Shown in pieces: positions 19,365 through 29,335 of a stretch of DNA of 64,000 nucleotides; within the stretch, counting starts at the first letter, position 1, and each line of letters opens with the position of its first letter. Under the pieces are notes generated by a model. The model searched no databases. It saw only the letters and a list, made by a program, of their open reading frames with translations, and was not told the DNA's origin. This stretch comes from Leptolyngbyaceae cyanobacterium (GTDB lineage Bacteria; Cyanobacteriota; Cyanobacteriia; Phormidesmidales; Phormidesmidaceae), in NCBI GenBank assembly GCA_965263355.1, contig CBDHHL010000032.1, positions 2,400,001 through 2,464,000 on the forward strand, in the 5' to 3' direction. Made by a program: the position numbers and the translations under genes.

Positions 19365-20330
19365 AGCATTCCTAGGCTTTGATAAACATTCCGATGATAG
19401 GTTCACCTTGAGCCTTCCTCAATGAGAATACGTTCAACTGTTATTCAAAAATTTGCTTGGGTTTTAATGCTGTCACATGTTTGCCTAAGCGTCCCCGGCG
19501 CTTACTATTAACTGACACCTCAGGGCTTAACGAAACAGAATAAATACGTAGACTGCTTTGTTATTGTTTTCCCATCCTTATTCTTAGCAATACAATTTTT
19601 TCCGACAAATTCTTGTCTTAATCTAAAGACAAGATATTATCTAGAAAATATTAATACGTTAAGACCCATGATCAACAATTTGAGGACAGTCCAAAATGCT
19701 AATCAAACCAGGCTTTTAAGCAGTCAAAACCAGATCTTGATTAAGCAAAAAGATATTAGCCGTTGCTGATTTAGAGGATGAACCATTTTGCAAGAATGCT
19801 GTAGACCATCATTCCCTAGAAAAGTTCATGGTTTGGATCAGCCACGCCATAAATTAAATACATAAACTCTTCTCCCTGCAAAGAAGAAGAACCATAGTTA
19901 GTTAAATTTCACTGACAACTTTTCTAAACTCACACAAAGCTGAACGATCCCTCGACAATGGTATGCACACCCAGCAATCTCATGTAAAACACACTTGACC
20001 TAAAATCTATCGTTTCTTCTAAGGTAGAACAAATACTTTAGATATAGAACTGTCCAACAGTGAGACTAGCTAAATAGGATTGGAGTTGAGTAGATATGCA
20101 CCAAGCTTGATAAGCTCTGACAAACTTTCACATTTGCTATATCTAGTTTAAAGAATCAATTGAAAAGTCATATATTGCTCGGCTCAAGAATTCTAAAGAC
20201 AGGATTAATTTTTTATAAACAATCCCCCCATTGGATACCCGTATGTAATGCGTATATCACGCAAATACAGCGTTTCCCGGTTGAGATGGATACAGCCTAG
20301 TTATGTAGGCTACCGAGGTCATACCAGTGA

Positions 20331-20404
20331 TCGAAAATCGAAAATCGAAAATTGCGTTTATGGCTGTTCTACCCCGGTAGGGACATTGCATGAATGGCCC
20401 CTAC
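20331..20404. repeat. Heptamer tandem (TCGAAAA)x3 followed by a GTAG REP-like palindrome
   Basis: TCGAAAA x3 at 20331-20351; GTAGGGACATTGCATGAATGGCCCCTAC at 20377-20404. Confidence 0.6.
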
Positions 20405-20447
20405 CGTAGGTTGCGCCGTAGCCCTTACAGCGGAGAGCAAAGTGTAT

Positions 20448-22352
20448 TCAAGGCGTAGGAGCAGCGTCATAGTCCTGCAAATACTGTTCAAATGCTTGAT
20501 TTAGCTGCGTTGTTTCTCCTAACCAATAGGCCGTTAGCGCATGGCCAAAGGCCCAGGCATTTTGCTCGGGTGAAGCGTCATTGTTCAGCAGCGTTGGCCA
20601 TAGCACCGCCAAATCAAAGGAACTATTATCCTTTGCTAGCAGGTTAAACAGGTCATAGGCCAGTTGGAGCTTGCCAATGACTACCGGGGCCTGCTCCACC
20701 GGAATTTTTTCGATTAATACCGTCGCTAACAGGTCTGAGCCCGTCATCATGCGGGAGATATAGCGCAAAATTGGGCTTTTAAGCAGTTCGGTTACCCCCT
20801 GGGTGGTGGTCATTTGAAAGCTATATTGGTCAATTAGTTTAGCTGCCGCTGTGGCCAGGGCCGATTGATTGGTCAAAAATCGAGCCAGTCGATATTGTTT
20901 GGCGTTACCTAGGGTTTCGACTAACTTGAGGGCCAGGGCATCATCATTCCAGGCGGTGCGATCGCGATCATAGGTAACCAAGGGCATCACAGTCTCAGCC
21001 GACTGGTCCAGGGTTTCGACTCGATAGGCAACAGCGTCTCGGATAGAGACTTCCTTTGGACGCTGACCAGTTTGCCAATCATAGGGCGGTTGCCATTCTC
21101 GCACCGGGCGTAGTCGATCCACCTGGGTGACCACCACCACCGTCGGCGGCGGTTGCACCGTCGCTTTGAGGTCATGCAAAAAGGTCTTATCACTTTGTAG
21201 GGCTGGGTCCAGGGCCGGTGTCGCCAGTACCAACAGGTCTGCCTGGGCAGCCTGATCCAGCACCAACTCCCGAAAATCTCCCCGTTCAATTTGTTCATAG
21301 CCAGGGGAATCGATCAGAGTCAAGCTTTCGCCCGTATCCAGTTGCCAGCTATATTGCTGCAGTTTGTCCGTACTGGGCAACACATCCACCGCCGCCAAAT
21401 CCGTCTTAAACAGCGTATTGATCAGACTACTTTTACCCGCCCCCGTCCGGCCTACCAACATCAAAGAAATCGGCGTTTGTTCAACGGTTTCGGTTGGGGT
21501 AGCCTGGGCTAAAATCGATTGCAGCGTGGCTGTTTTAGCCCCGTTATCTAACACCTTTGACTGCTCTGCTGCAAAAATCGCTGGCAGGTTATCGCCACCA
21601 TAGAGCGCTACTGTCTGCTGAGCCAGGTTGCGCAGCGCCATTTCCCGTAGCAGCTGACTGAGGTTGACCAGCAGTTGCTGATTTGCCTGGGTAGAACTTT
21701 TTTGACTAGCGGCCTTGGCTGCCGCCGCCGCTGGATTAAGCAACCATTGGGCCCAGTTCCAAACCCGCCATAGCTTACCCATAGAGGGTTCCAACTTGCG
21801 ATAAATTTCATAGGCTTCGTAGGCCTGCCCCACGGTCACCTGATTGAGCACCGGAGCAAGTTGGGTCATAGCCCGATCCATATCATCCACCGTCCCTCGG
21901 ATTAGTCCATAGGCCTGAGTGACATATATATTGAGCAAGGGATACTTAACGTCGGGATGGTAATGGTGAGCCACCGTTGCCACCACAGTTTGACATCGCT
22001 GCCAAAAGGCAGGCCAATCGTCCCAGACCGGTGGATCCTCGCGGGCTGCTGTCAAAATTGGCTGTAGCGCGGCTTCTAGTACTTGATTATTGGCCCCGTC
22101 AGCTGTCACAGTCGTTAACTCTGCCCGTACAGCCTGAACGATGCGCTCAATCTCGCGGGGTTTTGTCCAATGCACCAGCAGCCACCGCCAGCCCACAAAT
22201 ATAAGTAAAATGACCGCCCAAATCCAGGTCAACCCCCAGGTATGTAGCTGAAGTCCAGCCAAAATCATGACAAAAACGACAACCATTATTAGCGGCAGCA
22301 CCAGCACTATCCACTGCCATCGTTTTAGCTGCACCATCGTCGTTTGCCCCAT
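20448..22352 (-). CDS. Membrane-anchored GTPase-domain protein (Era/YfjP-like)
   Basis: Two N-terminal TMs; G1 GRTGAGKSS, G3 DSPG, G4-like TQVD. Likely ATG start at 22352. Confidence 0.85.
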   Translation of the reverse strand: MGQTTMVQLKRWQWIVLVLPLIMVVVFVMILAGLQLHTWGLTWIWAVILLIFVGWRWLLVHWTKPREIERIVQAVRAELTTVTADGANNQVLEAALQPILTAAREDPPVWDDWPAFWQRCQTVVATVAHHYHPDVKYPLLNIYVTQAYGLIRGTVDDMDRAMTQLAPVLNQVTVGQAYEAYEIYRKLEPSMGKLWRVWNWAQWLLNPAAAAAKAASQKSSTQANQQLLVNLSQLLREMALRNLAQQTVALYGGDNLPAIFAAEQSKVLDNGAKTATLQSILAQATPTETVEQTPISLMLVGRTGAGKSSLINTLFKTDLAAVDVLPSTDKLQQYSWQLDTGESLTLIDSPGYEQIERGDFRELVLDQAAQADLLVLATPALDPALQSDKTFLHDLKATVQPPPTVVVVTQVDRLRPVREWQPPYDWQTGQRPKEVSIRDAVAYRVETLDQSAETVMPLVTYDRDRTAWNDDALALKLVETLGNAKQYRLARFLTNQSALATAAAKLIDQYSFQMTTTQGVTELLKSPILRYISRMMTGSDLLATVLIEKIPVEQAPVVIGKLQLAYDLFNLLAKDNSSFDLAVLWPTLLNNDASPEQNAWAFGHALTAYWLGETTQLNQAFEQYLQDYDAAPTP

Positions 22353-22671
22353 CACGTTTCCCAATTTAAGTATGGTCTTAAAGCCGAAAAAGGGGAAACA
22401 GCTACAATGGACGCTCTTGTCATTCAATGATCTCATTTTGGCTTGAACAGTTCTCTCCTGAAACGCTACGTTAAGAAGAGACTCTGTATGATGAGAGACC
22501 GGCTGCTAGGACACTAAACGCTTTTTCTGGAAGGGCTTGGGGAATTTCTAAGTCACCGAAGATAAGTGCGATCGCATACTTCTCAATCAAAAATTGTTGT
22601 GTTTTCTAGTCTACTGCCACTATAGACAGTGGCGGGACGCCGGAACGATTATGGCTTCTCTGCATTAGACA

Positions 22672-24450
22672 CTAAAAAAAGGAGTACTGTAGCGTGAAAT
22701 AGAGACCGTTTTCTTGCAAAGAATCGCGATCATCTGCTTCAGAAATCAATGGAATCCCCCAGTCCAGACGAGCCGTCAGATCCCGCTGACGCAACAACAG
22801 GCCCACACCAACACTCGCCAACGGGTCAGGAGCATCAGCATCAATGTTCCAGCCATAACCCGCATCCAAAAACGGAGTAATTTGAAGAAGCCGACCATTT
22901 TCGCGATCGCGCCACACCGGCAAACGCACCTCCGCCGCCGCCAATACCCCACTATCAGTCGACAAAAAATTCTGACGATAGCCCCGCACCGTAGACTGGC
23001 CACCAATACTGAGCTGTTCCAAATTCAACAAAGGCTCAGTCGCTAGCTGAGCACTGCCCCTAAGCAACAATAATGTATCCGGCCTTAACACACGTACCCA
23101 TTGCGCCTGCCCCTGCCACGAAAAAAACCGACTATCCGGCACATCCCCATCATTAACAGTGGCATCCAGAAAATCAAGCCCCACATTAAACTGCGACCTC
23201 AGCGCCAACACCTGCTCAGGACTACGCCGAGTCCACTCCTGAAAAAACCTTAAAGCAGATACCTGCGTACGCCCCTCATCATCGGCCCCCAACGACAGCG
23301 GCGTAGGCCCAATATTATCAATCCCCAGAGACGTTTGAGACCGTTGATGGGACGCCGTTAAGCCAATGGCAATTTCCTCCGTTGGCGTCAAGTGCAGCGG
23401 ATGCCTTAGGGTCAGCTCATAAAAATCAGAATCAGAATCAATATCCAGAACATCAAACGGCTCCTCGATGACATCATTGTCCGATTGATTCACCGCCAAC
23501 TTGAGCGTACTACCATGGGGACTGAGCGGTATCGTATAGTCAGCATCAAAACCATTACTACCGCTGGTTAGGGTATAGCCAATACTTAGACTATCCCCCA
23601 GCCCCGTTAAATTCGCTTCAGTGGCGCTCAATTGATGGCGCACAGTACCCACACTAGGAGAGCGGTTATTATCCAAGATATAGGTCATCCCAAAGCTATC
23701 TGCCTCAACCACATCAACAACCAGACGATTCATTCCCGGTTGAGGACTGGCCTGTAAATCAGCCGAAATAGTTGTCACCAGCGGGTCAAGCTGCAGCAGT
23801 TGTAATCGCTCCACCAGATCATTCACATTTAACGGCGCTGTAGCACCCAACGCAATACGGCTACTGATATACCCTGGCTTTAGACGACGGGTACCCGTCA
23901 CCACAATTTCTGACACACTACCCTCAACAATCTCCATTTGCACCACCCCCTCAATGATTTGCTGAGGTGGCACAATCGCTCCCGATGTAGCATAGCCATT
24001 ATCTATGTATAACTGGGTTACCGCTGAGCGTGCTGCAGCAATATCCGCAAAGGTTCGAGACTCTCCCGTAAACTCAGCTGTCAATGCCTGTAAGGTTTCA
24101 TCATCAAAGGCAGTATTTTTGATAAATTCAAACCGTTGAATCACAAATGTAGCATCATCCGTCGGCAGATCAGGCTGACCCGGCAGATCTGCAGGCGGGC
24201 CTAACAGTTCATCAGCCGGGGGTAATTCTTCCAGAGGCCGGGGCTCAGGTAGCGGCTCAGGCTGAGGAATAACAGTATCTTGAGACGGGGGTAATTCGAC
24301 AGGAAGCGCCTGCGCCCTGACCACCCCTGCATTACTTAACCATAGAAAGCAAAAAATACTGACCGGACCAATCAACCAGCGGCTTAATACTTCTTTACCC
24401 GTATCATTCGCTTGTTGAGCCTGCAAACAGCATGATTGATACACGTTCAC
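22672..24450 (-). CDS. ShlB/FhaC/HecB-family TpsB outer-membrane transporter
   Basis: POTRA-like YIDNGYATSGA...EG; GGQSTVRGY (Omp85 VRGY motif); C-terminal aromatic residue (YSFF). Confidence 0.93.
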   Translation of the reverse strand: MNVYQSCCLQAQQANDTGKEVLSRWLIGPVSIFCFLWLSNAGVVRAQALPVELPPSQDTVIPQPEPLPEPRPLEELPPADELLGPPADLPGQPDLPTDDATFVIQRFEFIKNTAFDDETLQALTAEFTGESRTFADIAAARSAVTQLYIDNGYATSGAIVPPQQIIEGVVQMEIVEGSVSEIVVTGTRRLKPGYISSRIALGATAPLNVNDLVERLQLLQLDPLVTTISADLQASPQPGMNRLVVDVVEADSFGMTYILDNNRSPSVGTVRHQLSATEANLTGLGDSLSIGYTLTSGSNGFDADYTIPLSPHGSTLKLAVNQSDNDVIEEPFDVLDIDSDSDFYELTLRHPLHLTPTEEIAIGLTASHQRSQTSLGIDNIGPTPLSLGADDEGRTQVSALRFFQEWTRRSPEQVLALRSQFNVGLDFLDATVNDGDVPDSRFFSWQGQAQWVRVLRPDTLLLLRGSAQLATEPLLNLEQLSIGGQSTVRGYRQNFLSTDSGVLAAAEVRLPVWRDRENGRLLQITPFLDAGYGWNIDADAPDPLASVGVGLLLRQRDLTARLDWGIPLISEADDRDSLQENGLYFTLQYSFF

Positions 24451-24741
24451 TCCCTATTGCTCTCAAGGACTAGACAACCCCTCATAAATCCAGGGATATC
24501 CATTATCAGGTCCTTTAGCCTCAGAATAGGGGTGTCTGTTAGTAAAATACAAAAAAAAGAGATATTTTTTGATGGAATGATAAATATCAAAGGGTTCAAC
24601 CGGAAAAGCCTGAAACGTTCCGCTTTATTAAGTTTTGGTCTAGCTACACTTTTTGAAGCAAAGACTATATCGGTCGAAGGCTCCCCTAGCCCCCCAATTC
24701 TGAGGGCATAGATAACTGGTAACTTCTTTACCAGAAATGGC

Positions 24742-24805
24742 CTTAGTGCCCTCTTAATCTTTTGATAACCCTTCTTTAAATATCAAAAGGGATAAGTTTT
24801 AGGCT
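24742..24805 (+). promoter_or_regulatory. Candidate SphR (PhoB) Pho box and -10 element for phoX
   Basis: Four 8-mers at 11-bp period: CTTAGTGC (24742), CTTAATCT (24753), GATAACCC (24764), TTTAAATA (24775). They resemble the cyanobacterial CTTAACCT consensus. A TAGGCT hexamer lies at 24800-24805. Confidence 0.55.
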
Positions 24806-24975
24806 AGTGTCTCCTTGGTCAAAATATAGTATTTTAGGGGTTTTCACGCACTAAATACCCAAATTGGTACCAGAGAGACCATGACAAGTACTCCCCGTTA
24901 ACGTTGTGGGTTTTCTATGGAAAATTACAGCGCTGAATGGGGTCAGAGTCAATTTACGTTTGAGAGAGGGGCGTA

Positions 24976-27204
24976 ATGAGTTTAAATCGCAGACATTTTT
25001 TGGTGTTTCTAGGGGCCAGTGCAGGGGCCGTTGTCCTCGGCCCAGTGGGTCAATCGAACTCCGGGCAATCAGGATTAAAATTCTCCATGCCATTTCAAAC
25101 AGGGGCCGCTAAGGCTGCTGGCCATGCCAATCCCCTGAGTTTTGATCCGATCCAATTGCCAATTCCCTTAGAGGTAAATGGCATTGCCCCATCAAACCAG
25201 GCTGCGGCCTATGGCACCTTTGCCGTACAGGATGACATTGTTGTTCCCGAAGGCTTTACCTACGATGTAATTGCGGCCTGGGGTGACAAAGTAGGGGATT
25301 CTCGCTTTGGTTACAACAATGATTATCTTTCTTTTGTTGAGACCGCCCCTAATGAGGGATTCCTGACGGTTAACTTTGAGTATGTCAGTGGCGACACCTG
25401 GATGGAAACCTATGCCCAGGTGATCGGGAGCACGCTGCCATTTGACGATGTTAAAGCTGCCCTAAGCGATGCTGATGGGGAAACAGATGCCTTTTCAATG
25501 GCAGATGGCGATCCGTTAAAGCAAAAGATTACTGCGATCGCAAAAGAGGCCCTCACCGATCTGGGTATGGGGGTGATCTCAGTTAAGCGTAATGACGACG
25601 GGCAATGGGTTCGCACCTTCTCCAGTGCCGACCGCCGCATCACAGGCCTATCGGGTCTGGATACCCCGTCTCGCCTGCTCAAGGCAACAGGTCCTGCCAC
25701 GGTTATCTTTAAAAAGCCCAACAAGATGGGCTATGACGACGGCTATGGCGACAAGATTGTCGGTACTTTCCAAAACTGTGCGGGCGGTACGACTCCCTGG
25801 GGCACTGTCTTTAGCGCCGAAGAGAATTTCCAAAGCCAGGTGCCTGAACCGGTAATGGCCGATGGCTCTGCGATGGATCCGTCCACCCGTCCCTTCTCCA
25901 TTGCGGTGGATATGGACGGCAGCGGCAGCGTCATGGGGTTTGCGGGCAATAAGTATGGCTGGATGGTGGAGGTGGATCCCGCCAATCCTAATGATTATGG
26001 GACTAAGCACACCTGGCTAGGCCGGTATCGCCATGAGGCGGTCGGGTTCCACGCAGTAGCGGGCAAAAAGCTGGCGGTATATTCGGGGTGCGATCGCAGA
26101 GGCGGTCACCTCTATAAGTTTGTCAGCCAGGGCACCGTTCTCGATCCCACGGCCAAGGTTAACTCCAGACTACTAAGTGACGGCATGCTCTACGGTGCCA
26201 AGTTTAATGCCGACGGTACCGGTAAGTGGATTGCCCTCAAACCAGACACCCCAGTGGATCCCGTGCTACCCAGCACCGTGTTTGGCAAAAAAGGTGTCGG
26301 CATGATCAAACTACCGAACCCAAACCGGGAAGTGGGCGGTGTGATCAAGGTGACTAACGACATTATCGCCAAGGCCTTTGCCTCAAAATTCAACACCCTG
26401 GGGGATTTCTACAAGGGGAGTACCACCGAGAAGCAAGGGGCGATTCTAATTGACGCCCACTACGCCGCCAATGCCGCCGGAGTAACCACCACCGCCCGTC
26501 CCGAGGATACTATCGTCGGCCCCGACGGCACCCTCTTTATTGCCTTTACCTCAGGTACTCCCGGTGGCGACGGGGGTCCCGACAAGGAAGTGTTTGTTGG
26601 CCCTAACGGTGAAGCCCCCTACGAGTTTGGCTGGATTATCAAACTCCAGGAAACCGGCAACGACCCCGCTGCCATGACCTTCAAATGGTCTAAGTTTGCC
26701 CTGGGCGGTGAGCCAGCCGATGGGGGTATGGGTTTCGCTAACCCCGATAACATCGAGCTAGATCAGGCCGGTAATGTGTGGATGGTGACCGATATGTCCA
26801 CCAGTAAGCACAATCAGGCCGTTCCCAGTCGGATGAAGGATGGAGAGCCCGTCAGTCTGGGTGATTTGCGCGGTGTGTTTGGCAATAACTCAGTCTGGTT
26901 TATTCCCACCTCAGGTGCCGATGCGGGTAATGCCTATCCCTTTGGCATCGGTCCCATGGAGAGTGAGTGTACCGGACCTTACTTGACCAACGATGAAGAA
27001 AGCCTCTTCTTAGCCGTACAACATCCCGGTGAGAAAAATGGTGTGCGCAAGGATGGGGCCTCTGAAGTTCGTGATTTTGCTATGAAAACCACCACAGGTG
27101 AAGAATTCATGCAAAAACGGACGGTGCCCATTGGATCTAACTGGCCCGGCAAAGGATTAAATGATCCGGCCAAACCTGCCGTGGTTGTGGTTCGACGAAA
27201 GTAG
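24976..27204 (+). CDS. phoX: PhoX-family alkaline phosphatase, Tat-exported
   Basis: Twin-arginine signal NRRHFL; motifs FGYNND, VNFEY, NCAGGTTPWGTVFSAEEN, GRYRHE, RPED, NPDN, ECTGP, AVQHPGE. Confidence 0.93.
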   Translation: MSLNRRHFLVFLGASAGAVVLGPVGQSNSGQSGLKFSMPFQTGAAKAAGHANPLSFDPIQLPIPLEVNGIAPSNQAAAYGTFAVQDDIVVPEGFTYDVIAAWGDKVGDSRFGYNNDYLSFVETAPNEGFLTVNFEYVSGDTWMETYAQVIGSTLPFDDVKAALSDADGETDAFSMADGDPLKQKITAIAKEALTDLGMGVISVKRNDDGQWVRTFSSADRRITGLSGLDTPSRLLKATGPATVIFKKPNKMGYDDGYGDKIVGTFQNCAGGTTPWGTVFSAEENFQSQVPEPVMADGSAMDPSTRPFSIAVDMDGSGSVMGFAGNKYGWMVEVDPANPNDYGTKHTWLGRYRHEAVGFHAVAGKKLAVYSGCDRRGGHLYKFVSQGTVLDPTAKVNSRLLSDGMLYGAKFNADGTGKWIALKPDTPVDPVLPSTVFGKKGVGMIKLPNPNREVGGVIKVTNDIIAKAFASKFNTLGDFYKGSTTEKQGAILIDAHYAANAAGVTTTARPEDTIVGPDGTLFIAFTSGTPGGDGGPDKEVFVGPNGEAPYEFGWIIKLQETGNDPAAMTFKWSKFALGGEPADGGMGFANPDNIELDQAGNVWMVTDMSTSKHNQAVPSRMKDGEPVSLGDLRGVFGNNSVWFIPTSGADAGNAYPFGIGPMESECTGPYLTNDEESLFLAVQHPGEKNGVRKDGASEVRDFAMKTTTGEEFMQKRTVPIGSNWPGKGLNDPAKPAVVVVRRK

Positions 27205-27266
27205 AAACGTGACCACAGGAGTGTTTTGGCCACGAATACCCATGGTCAAAACTCTTCTAGCATTTA

Positions 27267-27410
27267 CACGACTTGGAAGGTTACGAGCAGAGAAAAATAA
27301 AAGCCTTTATTTTCAATGGTTCTGAAAAATCGAAATCATCAGATTTTTGCTATCGCTGAACGTGGTTGCGCCGTTTCAAATTTTCTTTCGTGATAACCTT
27401 CCAAGTCGTG
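27267..27410. mobile_element. Intact 144-bp MITE with perfect 17-bp TIRs and a target-site duplication
   Basis: CACGACTTGGAAGGTTA (27267-27283) and TAACCTTCCAAGTCGTG (27394-27410); CATTTA directly flanks both ends (27261-27266, 27411-27416). Confidence 0.85.
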
Positions 27411-27425
27411 CATTTACCCTTTCTG

Positions 27426-27492
27426 AAGGGCCTGCTAGCGAATTCAATATTTCTACATGTCGATGTACGAAATAATTTGTCAGCAGGCCCTT
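27426..27492. repeat. 67-nt extended hairpin / possible second miniature element
   Basis: Outer stem AAGGGCCTGCT...AGCAGGCCCTT; inner stems TATTTC/GAAATA and TACAT-GTCG-ATGTA. Confidence 0.55.
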
Positions 27493-27614
27493 TCTGCAAG
27501 ATAAGACTTCCCGGTAGGCGACTGGAACAGCAATGATCAAACCTACGTCTAGGTGGGTAGGCTAGCTCCATCGCTTTACTCGCGATTATTTTTTCAAGGG
27601 CCCCTGTCTATTCC

Positions 27615-29288
27615 ATGTTGACTCAGCCTGTAAATATCTGGCTCCAAGTCGGACTCAAAATCAGTGGTGCCATTGGAGTCGCTATTCTTGTTGTTGCCTG
27701 CACCTATCATTACTTGTTTCCGAAAGGAAAAATCATCAATCGGACAAAAATTACCCTGTTAGATGAATCTTCTCTTGATCACCGTTTGGTTGCCCAAACA
27801 GATACAGGCAAGGTATTAGGATATCGTCATCCCAAAGGGGTGTTACGCTACTCCAGTATTCCATTTGCGGCACCGCCCGTCGGCAAACAACGATTTCAAC
27901 CCCCTCAACCCATATCCCCTTGGTCAGGGGTATTAGACACACGCAAACCAGGTCCAAGCTGTATTCAGCGGGTCACCAAGGACAACGAGGCATCCCTGCA
28001 TACACAATCAGAAGATTGTTTGTCACTAACGGTGACCACCCCAAATTTAGATAATGCTAAACGTCCAGTCATTGTTTGGCTCCACGGTGGGGGGCTGACG
28101 GCGGGAGGAAACCATCACTCCACCTACGATGGTGCCAACTTTTCAGCCCGTGGCGATGTTGTATTTGTTAACGTGCAATATCGGTTAGGCATCTTAGGAT
28201 GGCTAGATGTCTCCTCGTTGGGGGAAGACGATGTTCAACAGTCTAGTCAGACCGGACAGCTGGATGTCATCGCAGGGTTAGACTGGGTACAGCGAAATAT
28301 TACTCAGTTTGGGGGAGATCCAAATAATGTCACGTTGATGGGAGAGTCGGCAGGGTCTCACCTGGCAGTTTCACTGTTGTTGCATGCTGAGGCTCAATCT
28401 TTGTTCGATAAAGTGATTTTGCAAAGTGGCGTCCATTCTGTTTGGCAAATACCCGTGGATCGCCATGAGCTGTTGCAGCTAGTCTTAAAGCAGGCAAATG
28501 TCGATTCATTGGCAGGGTTGCGTCAAGTTGATGCCAAAACGATACAAAACATTGAAACGCAGATTAAACAGTTTGCCCTGTCCAAAGGGCTAGCCGACCC
28601 TATGCCCTGGTACAGCATTAGAGGGATAACCAACCAAGACTTTGAACGGGCTGCCCACAATGGTAAACCAGTGTTACATGGCACCCTAAAAGATGAATAT
28701 CATTTATTTATTCTCTCCTACTCTGGTCAAGCCCCCCATCGTCAGTTTGCAGATGCGTATTTGGGTGGTTTAGGCCTTGATTCTAGCCAAATAGATACAT
28801 TGGTTACCCAGATAAAACAATCGCTACCCCATCGACAAGAGCATGATCTACTGGTCGATTTGGCCAGTGCTATCCATATGCATTATCCCCACTCAATTGT
28901 TTCAGAACAGTATGGCGCGATCGCACCTGTCTACACCTACTTAATTGATTGGGCTGCGCCCAATTTTCCTGAGCTTGGGGCCATGCATGGCCTAGATTTA
29001 CCCCTTGTCTTTGGCAATTTTGACGCCTGGTCTTGGGCGTTAGGGCGTACCCCTCCCCAACCGTTATCTAACGACATACAAGACGCCTGGATAGCCTTTG
29101 CAAGAACGGGTAATCCAAACCACGATAACCTGCCAACTTGGCCAGTTTATGACAAGGAGAATCGCTCTACCATGCAGTTTGGTGATACTTACCAGGTAAT
29201 CAGCGATCCACTGGAGTGGGTAAGAGGTGTGGGAGCAACAATTGACAATCTCCCTCAATTTACTATGGGCAATACCATGACGCCCTAA
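27615..29288 (+). CDS. Type B carboxylesterase/lipase with an N-terminal membrane anchor
   Basis: IPFAAPPVG, SEDCL, WLHGGG, FGGDPNNVTLMGESAG (catalytic Ser), KDE, HGLDLPLVFG. Confidence 0.93.
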   Translation: MLTQPVNIWLQVGLKISGAIGVAILVVACTYHYLFPKGKIINRTKITLLDESSLDHRLVAQTDTGKVLGYRHPKGVLRYSSIPFAAPPVGKQRFQPPQPISPWSGVLDTRKPGPSCIQRVTKDNEASLHTQSEDCLSLTVTTPNLDNAKRPVIVWLHGGGLTAGGNHHSTYDGANFSARGDVVFVNVQYRLGILGWLDVSSLGEDDVQQSSQTGQLDVIAGLDWVQRNITQFGGDPNNVTLMGESAGSHLAVSLLLHAEAQSLFDKVILQSGVHSVWQIPVDRHELLQLVLKQANVDSLAGLRQVDAKTIQNIETQIKQFALSKGLADPMPWYSIRGITNQDFERAAHNGKPVLHGTLKDEYHLFILSYSGQAPHRQFADAYLGGLGLDSSQIDTLVTQIKQSLPHRQEHDLLVDLASAIHMHYPHSIVSEQYGAIAPVYTYLIDWAAPNFPELGAMHGLDLPLVFGNFDAWSWALGRTPPQPLSNDIQDAWIAFARTGNPNHDNLPTWPVYDKENRSTMQFGDTYQVISDPLEWVRGVGATIDNLPQFTMGNTMTP

Positions 29289-29296
29289 CTCCTAAC

Positions 29297-29320
29297 AGTG
29301 GGAAAACCATCCCACTTTAA
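29297..29320. terminator. Short hairpin between convergent genes
   Basis: AGTGGGA-AAACCA-TCCCACT followed by TTAA. Confidence 0.35.
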
Positions 29321-29335
29321 GTGTTACCCTCAAAA

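Noticed and set aside
19611..19634. TCTTGTCTT...AAGACAAGA 9-bp inverted repeat upstream of patA
   Set aside because: Real but short and AT-rich, with no match to a regulator consensus that I can support.
27350..27571. 73-aa minus-strand ORF
   Set aside because: It spans the MITE end and the hairpin; no coding signal.
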